A stretch of DNA of 64,000 nucleotides from Candidatus Poribacteria bacterium (GTDB taxonomy: Bacteria; Poribacteria; WGA-4E; WGA-3G). The stretch covers positions 128,001-192,000 of the forward strand of contig OZ219752.1 of NCBI GenBank assembly GCA_964291315.2, read 5' to 3'. A program made the position numbers and the translations under genes. Each line of letters opens with the position of its first letter. Positions within the stretch are counted from its first letter, which is position 1. The notes beneath the pieces are model-generated. The model did no database searches. It worked only from the letters and a program-made list of their open reading frames with translations, and was not told the origin of the DNA. Shown here piece after piece: positions 10,553 to 21,431 of the stretch.

Positions 10553-11110
10553 ATGAAAGTCGGCAAATTTGAACAGATTTCGACATTCAATATTACTCTA
10601 ATTCCGAAGTTTCTGTTGCTTGCCGGGCTTCTCGTTTTTTGTTCGCTCGTTCCTGCGGAACCACAAAGCGCAGGTGATGCACAAGAGGAATCGTTGTCGG
10701 ATTTTGAATCCAAGTTAAATGAGCTGCTCACTACAGTCTACTGTTACTGCGGCTGTGAACGTGAGACAATTGAAGTCTGTGTATGTGGCACCGCAGTACA
10801 TATCGAAAACGATTTCCGCAATCGATTATTGGCTGGACAGAAAGTTGAGCAGATTCGAACCAATTATCTTGAAACATATGGTCCGCAATTCTACGCAGTT
10901 ATGCCCGCGAAAGGTATCAATCTGATCGCCTACATTACACCTGCCATCATTCTTGTCCTCCTTGGTGGTGTGGCTCTTGCTGTGCTCAGAAAGTCAAGGC
11001 GGCAGGTAGCTCTAACAACTGATAGAGAAGGCGCATCAGGGCAACCAATTTCTAATACGACCCTGAAACAGGTTGAAGCGGAATTGAAAAAATACAAAGA
11101 CGAAAAATAA
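10553..11110 (+). CDS. ccmH: CcmH/NrfF-like cytochrome c biogenesis protein with variant Cys motif
   Basis: Signal peptide, 'VYCYCGC...EVCVCG', 'IRTNYLETYGPQF..MP..GINLIAYITP' followed by a TM helix; directly after ccmF. Confidence 0.75.
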   Translation: MKVGKFEQISTFNITLIPKFLLLAGLLVFCSLVPAEPQSAGDAQEESLSDFESKLNELLTTVYCYCGCERETIEVCVCGTAVHIENDFRNRLLAGQKVEQIRTNYLETYGPQFYAVMPAKGINLIAYITPAIILVLLGGVALAVLRKSRRQVALTTDREGASGQPISNTTLKQVEAELKKYKDEK

Positions 11111-11156
11111 ACGAGACACTCGTTTGCACGAATAGCATACTTTGAAAAGGGTTTTT

Positions 11157-11501
11157 ATGTCTTCACTCGTTCTTTTATGGATGTTAATTCTCGGAATTGC
11201 ACTCCTGGTTTATCTCGGACTCCCAATCTTCTCAAAGACAGGTTCACACGCCGCTGCAATGTCTGAAAACGCCATAGAAGAGCGACGGCAAATTCTCCTA
11301 CAAGAACGTGAACGCAGCTACGCCGCCCTTGCAGAACTCGACGAAGACTACGAAACGAGAAAACTCTCCGAAGCCGACTACCAAGAATTACGGGAGACAC
11401 TTTTGCAAGAGACAGCACGTGTCATTATGCAACTTGAAGAGGAATCGTTCTCGGATATAGAAGCAGAAATTGAGAGATTTAAACAACAACGCGGAACATA
11501 A
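11157..11501 (+). CDS. Small membrane protein resembling the CcmI N-terminal region
   Basis: N-terminal TM, then 'LAELDEDYETRKLSEADYQELR'; lies within the ccm cluster. Confidence 0.6.
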   Translation: MSSLVLLWMLILGIALLVYLGLPIFSKTGSHAAAMSENAIEERRQILLQERERSYAALAELDEDYETRKLSEADYQELRETLLQETARVIMQLEEESFSDIEAEIERFKQQRGT

Positions 11502-11502
11502 T

Positions 11503-12804
11503 ATGCACATTCGCCTATCTTTATACAATAATTTACGGGGCCGATATCTCACTGCGACTCGCATCGAGAGGCTATTAGTAATTGCCCTAATTATTTTCGG
11601 GGTTTCTGCCTCTCATGCGCAAACAGGAGAACAAGGGACCATTCAAGGGACAGTTATTGACAAAAAACGTGAGAAACCGATCGTCGAACATCAGATGACC
11701 CTCACGATCCATAAAGCTGACAGCTTTGAGACACAGGAGACGTTGACAGATGAAAACGGGAATTATCGTTTCAGAGATTTGCCGATCGATCCGACGCTCC
11801 ATTACACCGTTTCTATCCTCTATGAAGATACCGACTACACCGAGAAAGACCTTGTTTTGTCAACTTGGTCTCCAAATATAACCCTCGATTTCAACATTGG
11901 TGCATTTACGAACGATACATCGCAAATTCAGGTTAAAAGGCATACCTTTATTATTCGACCACCACCCGCCGACCACGCCCCAGACGGTGCTGTCACAGTT
12001 ATTGAGGCAATCGAAGTTGAAAACCGTGATAGCCTGCCTTTTCAAATACAGCACGGAGGGCAAACAGTCGGGTTGCATTTAGCACTACCAAAACAGATCG
12101 AAGGTTTTCAACCACATTCTCCAACAGCGCTTACGATAAACCAGGCCACCAATGAAGCGATCCTCACAACGCCTCTACCGCCCGGGGAATCACAATTAGG
12201 TTATACTTATATCTTTCATGTCGAAAGAAATAAATTGGATCTATCCCGTGGCTTGAATTTTGACACTGCAGAGTTCTTATTTTTTATTCAAGAGGGTATC
12301 AGCCTTGTCCCAAACACAGGGTTTTTCGGTCCCCCTAAACGTGAACAGATCCATAATAGTGTTTATCTCATTTATCAGAGCACAGCAAGCGGAGTTTCCG
12401 CTGCAGGGACAGCGGTTGACTTAGCATTTAAAGTAAACACGGGTGCTGCCCGTGGTGCCATCTCCGGACAAACATCCAACCTCGGACAGTTGATTCTTAT
12501 TGTTGTCGCTGCAGCATTAACGGGCGGCTTCTTTGTCGCTGCGCTATTCAAAATCCGAACTGTCAACAACACGGAGCCGAATACTGACGATGCCGCAGTA
12601 CTGCCAGATGAAGGCTGGATTCGTAAGCTAAACCCTGAGGATCGCGAGCACGTCCGCATCGCCAGACTCGAATTCATTACGCATCTTGATGATAAATACG
12701 AGGGGCAGGAAATCTCGGAGCGCGTCTACAAACGCCTCCGTCGAGAACAGACAGAACGCCTCACTACGCTCTTAGAACAGCAAAAAAGGGGAAACAATGC
12801 ATAG
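11503..12804 (+). CDS. Exported, membrane-anchored protein with carboxypeptidase-regulatory-like beta-sandwich
   Basis: Signal peptide (...SHAQ), 'GTIQGTVID...TDENGNYRFRDL', C-terminal TM followed by 'LDDKYEGQEISERVYKRLR'. Confidence 0.7.
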   Translation: MHIRLSLYNNLRGRYLTATRIERLLVIALIIFGVSASHAQTGEQGTIQGTVIDKKREKPIVEHQMTLTIHKADSFETQETLTDENGNYRFRDLPIDPTLHYTVSILYEDTDYTEKDLVLSTWSPNITLDFNIGAFTNDTSQIQVKRHTFIIRPPPADHAPDGAVTVIEAIEVENRDSLPFQIQHGGQTVGLHLALPKQIEGFQPHSPTALTINQATNEAILTTPLPPGESQLGYTYIFHVERNKLDLSRGLNFDTAEFLFFIQEGISLVPNTGFFGPPKREQIHNSVYLIYQSTASGVSAAGTAVDLAFKVNTGAARGAISGQTSNLGQLILIVVAAALTGGFFVAALFKIRTVNNTEPNTDDAAVLPDEGWIRKLNPEDREHVRIARLEFITHLDDKYEGQEISERVYKRLRREQTERLTTLLEQQKRGNNA

Positions 12805-13192
12805 CAAACACCACATCGCTGATTTGATAGTCATGTTAGGTCATATGGACGAAAAAGTTCGGGATGCCGCGAAAGCGGAATTAATTGCCACAGGCAGCCC
12901 CGCTGTTCCGCAGCTAATTGATGTTCTTACCCAAGAATGTTGGTATGTTTCTGGGTATGGTGCCGAGTTCTATACACATATCGAAGGATCTGCCATTCCG
13001 GTTTACATGGAACAGATGGCGAATCAAGCTTCGGAAATACTTGCAGAAATCGGAGAGGCAACTGTCCCGGAGCTGACAGCGGAGTTCACCCGAGCCGAAC
13101 GCGAGTTTTCTGAGTGGTTTTATAAGTATTTGAGACCCGAACAGTCTGACCGTCTTATCACAATGTTGACATACGTTAAAAAAGGAGAATAA
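12797..13192 (+). CDS. Short HEAT-repeat protein
   Basis: 'VRDAAKAELIATGSPAVPQLIDVL' and 'ASEILAEIGEATVPEL'. Confidence 0.7.
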   Translation: MHSKHHIADLIVMLGHMDEKVRDAAKAELIATGSPAVPQLIDVLTQECWYVSGYGAEFYTHIEGSAIPVYMEQMANQASEILAEIGEATVPELTAEFTRAEREFSEWFYKYLRPEQSDRLITMLTYVKKGE

Positions 13193-13197
13193 GCGCG

Positions 13198-13800
13198 ATG
13201 GACAACGATCCTACCATAACTGACTTAATCGACGATTTGTCAGATACGAATGACGATGTCCGAGTGGATGCAAAAAAAGGATTAATCGCTATCGGTGAAC
13301 CGGCTATACCCGCACTAATCGAAACACTCGCTGAAAACCTATGGGACATTTCTGATCAAGCTTCCGATATCTTAGCAGAAATTGGGGCCCCCGCAGTGCC
13401 TGCACTCATGACGGAATTGGCGATCGTCGAACGATACCACGCGCTATGCATTAGCGACACGTTAAGCCGCATCGGTACACCTGCTATTCCTGCCTTGAGC
13501 GAAGCTTTGCAAGACTTAGATGAGCAACTCCGTGAATACGCTGTCCGGGCATTCAGTGGTATGGGAGCAGCTGCAGCTGACGCTGTACCGGTCCTCATTC
13601 AAGCTTTGGCGGATCCTGAGGAAGAGGTCCGAACCTATACTGCTTATGCACTTGCGAATCTTGAGAGCACCGCCAAGGATGCTGTCCCCGCGCTAATTGA
13701 GGCATTAGAAGATGATTCCGAACGTGTCCAACACCATGCAGCGTTCGCATTGGAAAAAATCGGTACGCCGGAAGCGAAGAAAGCACTTATAGAATTGTAA
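13198..13800 (+). CDS. HEAT-repeat (PBS lyase-like) protein
   Basis: Repeated 'AVP.LI.AL.D....VR..AA.AL..IG' units; AAGGAG RBS. Confidence 0.88.
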   Translation: MDNDPTITDLIDDLSDTNDDVRVDAKKGLIAIGEPAIPALIETLAENLWDISDQASDILAEIGAPAVPALMTELAIVERYHALCISDTLSRIGTPAIPALSEALQDLDEQLREYAVRAFSGMGAAAADAVPVLIQALADPEEEVRTYTAYALANLESTAKDAVPALIEALEDDSERVQHHAAFALEKIGTPEAKKALIEL

Positions 13801-14034
13801 GCGAATTTAAAAAATTTGAAAAATTAGGCACAAATGTGGTATAATTAAAAAACAGATGCTTTTTAAGTGTATCAATAAGAATAAATATGTAAATATTGCA
13901 ACGTAATTAATAAAGAATCAATCTGTTTGTTTATCCATCTGGTGTTGTCTGATGTCATGGAATTGAGTTGTAACGTATTTTCGGTAGATTGTACGACACC
14001 AGAGTGGAATACGGAAAAACAGAAGGGAGCCAAG

Positions 14035-15816
14035 ATGGCAAAGTACGATTTTGTAATCGCTGTAGGAGGGGCGCCCGGTCAAGGGATTGACACCGTTGGT
14101 AAGAGTATGAGCCAAATCTGTGCTCGGCACGGTCTCCACGTCTTTACTTATAGTGCTTACCAATCTCTCATTCGAGGCGGTCATACCTTCCTTACCGTCA
14201 GAATTAGTTCCGAACCTGTCTCCAACCACGGCGATAAGATAGACCTGATTATTGCACTCGACCGGAACAGTTTAGAAATACACCTTCCCCATGTCGCCCC
14301 CGGCGGTTCTATTATCTATAACAGTGATGATATTAAGGCTGTACCAGAACGAGACGACATCCAACTCTGTCCTATTTCTTATAAGGAGCTGTCCAACGGT
14401 ACCGATAGAAGGAAGTTAATGCTAAACATCTGTATGTTCGGTGTCGCTTTAAGAATGGTCGGGGGAGATTTAACAATACTTGAGGATATTATCAAGCTTA
14501 AGTTCCTCAAACGCAAAGGACAAGCATTAACAGATGCTAATATCGCAGTCGCAAAAGCAGGCTACGCTTATGCGGCGGAACACTTCACTGCCTTTGAAGC
14601 ACAGTTTATAAAACAGAAACCGCTTGCTTTCGTTGAAGGAAATGAAGCGATGGCTATGGGCGGAGCAGCAGCAGGTGTCAAATTTTACGCTGCCTACCCG
14701 ATGAGTCCGTCAACCGGTGTTCTCCACTGGATGGCTCAGAACGCGCGCAATCTAAACATCATGGTCCGCCAGTGTGAAGACGAAATTAGCGTTGCCAATA
14801 TGATCATTGGAGCTGCACACGCCGGTGCCCGCGCAATGTGCGCAACATCAGGAGGTGGCTTTGCCCTTATGTCGGAAGCCATCGGCAGTGCAGGTATGAT
14901 GGAAATTCCGATTGTCATTATTAATGTTCAGCGCGGTGGTCCCTCGACAGGTCTCCCAACCAAAACCGAACAAGGCGATCTATGGCAAATCCTCGGTGCT
15001 AGCCAAGGCGACTTTCCGAAAATTGTTGCCGCACCCACGAGCATTATGGACGGCTTCGATACGATCCCAGAAATATTCAACCTCGCGGATAAATTCCAAT
15101 GTCCTGCCATGGTCCTCTCAGATCTCACGCTCTCTATGGGCGTTACAACTTTTGACCCTGAATCCATCAATTGGCAGCCGGAAATCGACCGTGGGGCACT
15201 TATCAGTCGTCCAGTGCAGCCTGAAGGTGAATACCTCCGTTATCAAATTACCGACAGTGGCATCTCGCCGAGAGCGATCCCCGGCACTCAAGGACATGTT
15301 CATGTTGTCGCCACAGATGACCACGATGAAGACGGCACTCTGATTAGTGATGAGTTCACAAACCCGCATAAACGGCGCGATATCATGGAAAAACGCCAGC
15401 GGAAGATGAACGGTATCGTTAAACTTCTCCCACCACCCACGCTTGAAGGACCTGAAGATGCGCGAATTACTCTCATTGGGTGGGGATCCACACACAGCGT
15501 GATTGGGGAAGCTGCGGAATTACTCACGGAAGCTGGTATTCCAACCAACCATATCCACTTCAAATGGCTCTATCCGATGGACGAAGAAGCAATCAATCAA
15601 ATACTCGCAAAATCAGGGCACTCTATCGTGGTTGAATGTAACTATACCGGTCAATTCGCACGTTTCCTACGCGGTGAAACAGGATTTACAGCCGATGGAC
15701 ACATCCGTAAATACGATGGCGAACCCTTTATGCCACACCATATTGTTGATGGAGCCCGTGAGATTTTAACAGGTAAGACAGACCTTTATATTCCCTACCA
15801 AGAAATTGTAGTCTAA
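14035..15816 (+). CDS. korA: 2-oxoacid:ferredoxin oxidoreductase subunit alpha
   Basis: 'GGAPGQGI', 'YQSLIRGGH', 'AAYPMSPS', 'QCEDEISV', 'ATSGGGFALMSE', 'QRGGPSTGLPTKTEQGD'. Start 14035 after GGGAG. Confidence 0.93.
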   Translation: MAKYDFVIAVGGAPGQGIDTVGKSMSQICARHGLHVFTYSAYQSLIRGGHTFLTVRISSEPVSNHGDKIDLIIALDRNSLEIHLPHVAPGGSIIYNSDDIKAVPERDDIQLCPISYKELSNGTDRRKLMLNICMFGVALRMVGGDLTILEDIIKLKFLKRKGQALTDANIAVAKAGYAYAAEHFTAFEAQFIKQKPLAFVEGNEAMAMGGAAAGVKFYAAYPMSPSTGVLHWMAQNARNLNIMVRQCEDEISVANMIIGAAHAGARAMCATSGGGFALMSEAIGSAGMMEIPIVIINVQRGGPSTGLPTKTEQGDLWQILGASQGDFPKIVAAPTSIMDGFDTIPEIFNLADKFQCPAMVLSDLTLSMGVTTFDPESINWQPEIDRGALISRPVQPEGEYLRYQITDSGISPRAIPGTQGHVHVVATDDHDEDGTLISDEFTNPHKRRDIMEKRQRKMNGIVKLLPPPTLEGPEDARITLIGWGSTHSVIGEAAELLTEAGIPTNHIHFKWLYPMDEEAINQILAKSGHSIVVECNYTGQFARFLRGETGFTADGHIRKYDGEPFMPHHIVDGAREILTGKTDLYIPYQEIVV

Positions 15817-15834
15817 TAAAGGAGGATGAATCAG

Positions 15835-16725
15835 ATGGCAAAACGAGAAAGACCGATTCAAGGTGCACCTACGGCAAGAGACTTCCAAGCAGATGTCAAC
15901 CCTGATTGGTGCGCGGGCTGTGGGGACTACGGAGTACTTAGTGCCCTTAAAACTGCGTATGCTAAATCTGGACGCGGTAACCATGAACATCTCACTGTTA
16001 GCGGGATTGGATGCTCTTCTAACCTCCCTGGATATGTTAGAACGTATGGGATGCACACCCTCCATGGACGAGCTTTGGCAGTAGCAACCGGTGCCAAATT
16101 CGCTAACCACGAGATGAATGTAGTTGTAACCGGTGGTGATGGGGATGGATACGGCATCGGGGGGAATCATTTTATCCATACTATGCGGAAAAACGTTGAC
16201 CTACTTTATATCGTTATGAACAATCAGATTTACGGGTTAACGATTGGCCAAACCTCACCAACTAGCATGATCGGGATGGAAACCAAAAGCACCCCGTTTG
16301 GTAATATAGAAGCCCCGCTCAACCCGATCGCTATGGCAATTATTACAGGCGCGACCTATGTGGCTAGAGGTTTCAGCGGCGATCAAAAGCAGCTAACAGA
16401 ACTGATGTACAACGGCATGCAACACAGCGGTTTCGCGCTCATTGATGTGTTCAGCCCTTGTATCACGTTCAATAAGGACAACACTTACGACTTTTTCAAA
16501 CCGCGTGTCAAGCCACTCGAAAATCATGACCCCAGCGACAAGTCGGCTGCAGTTGAACAAGCCGTCAAATGGGGCGACGAAATCCCGACCGGGTTGTTCT
16601 ATCAAGATACCAGCCGCAGGGCTCTGCATGAGATGGAACCCGTTTTAGCAAACGGCCCCGTCGCGCATCAACCACTTGGCATTACCAAAGAACAAGGCGA
16701 TGCTATCATCCGCCGCATGATGTAA
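15835..16725 (+). CDS. korB: 2-oxoacid:ferredoxin oxidoreductase subunit beta
   Basis: 'WCAGCGDY', 'SGIGCSS', 'HTLHGR', TPP-binding 'GGDGDGYGIGGNH...MNNQIYGLT'. Confidence 0.94.
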   Translation: MAKRERPIQGAPTARDFQADVNPDWCAGCGDYGVLSALKTAYAKSGRGNHEHLTVSGIGCSSNLPGYVRTYGMHTLHGRALAVATGAKFANHEMNVVVTGGDGDGYGIGGNHFIHTMRKNVDLLYIVMNNQIYGLTIGQTSPTSMIGMETKSTPFGNIEAPLNPIAMAIITGATYVARGFSGDQKQLTELMYNGMQHSGFALIDVFSPCITFNKDNTYDFFKPRVKPLENHDPSDKSAAVEQAVKWGDEIPTGLFYQDTSRRALHEMEPVLANGPVAHQPLGITKEQGDAIIRRMM

Positions 16726-16866
16726 AACAGAATGTGAGATCGGTAGTTTTGCCTAACTTCCTACGTTTTATGTCCTCTTCTCGGTAATAGAGGTCGGCTT
16801 CCGGTATATGGCGCGGGTCCTTATCCCGCCCGATGTCTTTTTTCTCGTTACGGAATCGTTCACACT

Positions 16867-17562
16867 ATGCGCATCCGTGCTATCGGACTCACAAAACACT
16901 TTGGCCCTCGTTCGATTGTCAAAAATGCTACCCTCTCAGTTCGCCCTGGAGAAGTGGCAGCGATTTTCGGTCCTAACGGCGCGGGGAAAACAACACTCAT
17001 CAAGATTCTCGCAACACTCCTCCGCCCGACATCCGGGAAACTTGAAATTGAAGGGACAGATGTGAGCGGGGCAACTTCAAACGTCCGAGAGTCATTAGGT
17101 GTTGTCATTCATGAACATTTGGCATACCCAACGTTTAGCCCTTACGAGAACCTCAGGTTTTTCGGGCAGATGTACTGCGTTGAGCAGCTTGAACGCCGGG
17201 CAACAAAGCTTCTCACTGAAGTCGGTCTGCAGCGTTTTATCCATGAACCCTTACATATCTTCTCACGTGGTATGACGCAGCGCTTTATGATCGCTAGATC
17301 CCTCCTCCATAATCCATCAGTGTTGCTACTCGATGAACCCTTCTCTGGATTGGATGCTTCTGCTAAGCAGTTCGTCCTCGAGCGTATTACACACGAACGT
17401 CAAAAAGGCACAAGTATTATCATCACAACACACAACACAGAGTTGGGCTATCTTGTGGGCACACGGTTTCTCTTTATGATAAATGGAGAACTTGAAGAGG
17501 TCGCCCAGAGAGATGAAATTTCGACAGAAACGCTTTTGCGCACATATGAGGAGAGACTGTAA
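16867..17562 (+). CDS. ccmA: Heme exporter ABC ATPase CcmA
   Basis: Walker A 'GPNGAGKTT', 'FSRGMTQR', 'LLDEPFSGLD'; adjacent to ccmB. Confidence 0.85.
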   Translation: MRIRAIGLTKHFGPRSIVKNATLSVRPGEVAAIFGPNGAGKTTLIKILATLLRPTSGKLEIEGTDVSGATSNVRESLGVVIHEHLAYPTFSPYENLRFFGQMYCVEQLERRATKLLTEVGLQRFIHEPLHIFSRGMTQRFMIARSLLHNPSVLLLDEPFSGLDASAKQFVLERITHERQKGTSIIITTHNTELGYLVGTRFLFMINGELEEVAQRDEISTETLLRTYEERL

Positions 17563-17613
17563 ATACACTGATCCGACGCAGAGGTAAATACATACTTTTG
17601 AATAGAGATAAAC

Positions 17614-18303
17614 ATGAAGCCGTTTCGTCAAATTGGCGCATTGATCCGTAAGGACCTTGGACTTCAATTCCGTTCAAAGGAAACGTTGGCGCTAATTTTC
17701 GTTTTTAGTGTACTTGTTGTTCTCATCTTCGTTTTCGCGTTTGGTACGACCTTCCCTGAAAGGACAGAACGCGGTAAATTAACTGCAAGTGTCCTCTGGA
17801 CAGCATTTGTTTTCGCAGGAATTATCACCTTAAATCGTTCGTTTACGATAGAACGTGCGCACGCTGCCTTACACGGCATTCGACTTACCGGTGTCGATGC
17901 TGGGAACGTCTACCTCTCCAAGGTCATCAGCAACGTCGTTTTTCTATTTCTATTAGAAATTGTTATAACCCCTATTGCACTTCAATTCTTAGATCTGCTT
18001 GACGTAATAACGGTGGGTATATTGCTGAAGCTGTTTGGTGTACTAAGTATCGGTACACTAGGTTTTTGCTCTGTTGGTGTACTGTTAGCAGGTATGTCTA
18101 CAAGTGCGAACGGCGGTGAAAGTCTTCTATCTGTTATTCTACTTCCGCTTGTAGTACCAATCATTATAGGCGGCTCGAAATGCACTGTCTCACTTTTAGT
18201 AACGGGCGGGTTAGAAAACAGGTTTTGGTTGAATCTTCTCGCCGTATACAGCTTAGTTTTTTTGGCATCCGCGTACCTGTTCGCCGATGCCGTTATTGAG
18301 GAT

Positions 18304-18306
<3 letters not shown>
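17614..18306 (+). CDS. ccmB: Heme exporter permease CcmB
   Basis: 'RKDLGLQFRSKE', 'LNRSFTIE', 'LLSVILLPLVVPIII'; about 6 TM helices. Confidence 0.9.
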
Positions 18307-19733
<1,427 letters not shown>

Positions 19734-19877
19734 AAGACTGTCGACTATTGATTTGAGAACTTTTAAGAACAGTTTATGGCAGTCGCGCCTGTGGGAGGGA
19801 ACCAAGGAGAACGAATTGTGTTACACGGCGCCTCCTTATCGAGTAAAGATGGCTGACAACACTAATGAGGTATACCT

Positions 19878-20183
19878 ATGCGTATTGTTCGTCCAATCTT
19901 ACTTATAATAGCTATCAGCCTACTTTTTGTCAGTGTCAGGCAATTCATGAACGGTTACAGCGACTGGCAGCAGGCACAGATTGCTGAGAAAGCCTATCGC
20001 GCCGAGATACGGAAACTTGAATCCGAACGGGACCTGCTTCAGCAGCAAGTCGAGCTCCTGAAAAGTGATACACTGACAAAAGAACGACTCGCCAGAAAAC
20101 GACTTGGATATGTTAAACCCGGAGAACTCAAATTTAAAGTTGTCAAGCCTGATGCCAATGAAAAATCTCAAGTTAGGCATTAG
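19878..20183 (+). CDS. ftsB: Septum formation initiator, FtsB/DivIC family
   Basis: TM helix plus coiled coil ending 'ERLARKRLGYVKPGE'; the eno-ftsB gene order is widely conserved. Confidence 0.8.
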   Translation: MRIVRPILLIIAISLLFVSVRQFMNGYSDWQQAQIAEKAYRAEIRKLESERDLLQQQVELLKSDTLTKERLARKRLGYVKPGELKFKVVKPDANEKSQVRH

Positions 20184-20367
20184 AGGCATCCTGAGATCTA
20201 GTGAAACTCCATTCCTCACCTCGGCGAGCTGCACCGTCTAGACAGCGATAGCTGTGTCAATGAGGTGTAAATAGTACTTCGGTCGACGCGGAACAGTCGG
20301 TTTCGGTTGTTAGGTTTAGAACAGAAGTGAGGAAACCTACACGATCTCAGTCTCAACCTAAGCCTGT

Positions 20368-21291
20368 TTATATTGGTAATCGCGCCTGATTAGCATACGC
20401 TTTGATTCGCTCAGTTGCTAATTCAATATAACTCTCCTCAATGTCGTATCCGATATAGTGCCTCCTTGACTTCAAAGCACTTAGGCACGTTGTGCCACTC
20501 CCACAAAACGGATCTAATACGACATCCCCTACAAAGGTATAGAGCTGAATGAGCCGGTGCGGAAGCTCCTCAGGAAATGGGGCGGGATGGCCGATACGTT
20601 TGGCAGAAACAGGTGGAAAAGTCCAGACGCTTTTTGTCCATTCTAAAAAGTCCTCTTTACAGATTGAGTTTTCTCTTCCGTTCCGTTTCCGTGAAAAGGA
20701 TCCTTTGGAAAAAACGAGGATGTATTCGTGTACATCTCTCAATACAGGATTTGCTGCTGATAACCAACTCCCCCAGGCAGTCGAAACCCCCGCACCTGAG
20801 GCTTTGTTCCAGATAATTTCGCCGCGCATGTGGTAACCTATTGCCAGCATATCTTCTATGATATAACTATGCAGCGGGATATAAGGTTTCCGCCCCAGGT
20901 TAGCGATATTAACGCACGCCCTGCCCCCGGTAACCAGTTTTCTATAGGTCTCAGTAAAGATGGCGTAGAGAAACTCTCTGTATTCTGCCAGTGACAAATC
21001 CTCATCGTATTCCTTTCTCGCGTTATACGGAGGAGATGTGACCATCAAATGGACACTGCTGTCAGGAATAGCTGACATCTGAGCACTGGATGTACAATAA
21101 AGCTGATTGAGGTTTTCGGGGGGTACAGGATTTTCTGTCCATGTGTCGGGTTCCGGAAGGGCATGATCCGCATAGAGCTTACTTCCATAAAATTCGCTGG
21201 CATCATGATTAATTCTTCCAGGAGTCCCAAAAGCACTCGTCTGGGTACCTTGATTTTGATTTCGAGACTGCGATTTTCGTTTACTCATCAC
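20368..21291 (-). CDS. Site-specific DNA methyltransferase (N4-C/N6-A, beta class), orphan
   Basis: Motif IV 'VTSPPYN' precedes motif I 'VLDPFCGSGTT'; 'HPAPFPEELP.RLI'. No neighbouring endonuclease. Confidence 0.92.
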   Translation of the reverse strand: MMSKRKSQSRNQNQGTQTSAFGTPGRINHDASEFYGSKLYADHALPEPDTWTENPVPPENLNQLYCTSSAQMSAIPDSSVHLMVTSPPYNARKEYDEDLSLAEYREFLYAIFTETYRKLVTGGRACVNIANLGRKPYIPLHSYIIEDMLAIGYHMRGEIIWNKASGAGVSTAWGSWLSAANPVLRDVHEYILVFSKGSFSRKRNGRENSICKEDFLEWTKSVWTFPPVSAKRIGHPAPFPEELPHRLIQLYTFVGDVVLDPFCGSGTTCLSALKSRRHYIGYDIEESYIELATERIKAYANQARLPI

Positions 21292-21431
21292 TTTCCATCC
21301 TTTTTCGAGACCGTGAATTCTGTTTACTTATAGCCCTCCCCGCTTTTCCTGATTCCACAAATTCCGTATTCTTGGTTCCTCACAAACTGCACCCGAAAAA
21401 GAGTGAAAGTTGCTTCATAAATTTCGATTTC

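Noticed and set aside
21370-21408. Tiny minus-strand ORF MKQLSLFFGCSL with a beta-clamp-like QLSLF motif, upstream of the methyltransferase
   Set aside because: Only 12 codons with no RBS; indistinguishable from chance.
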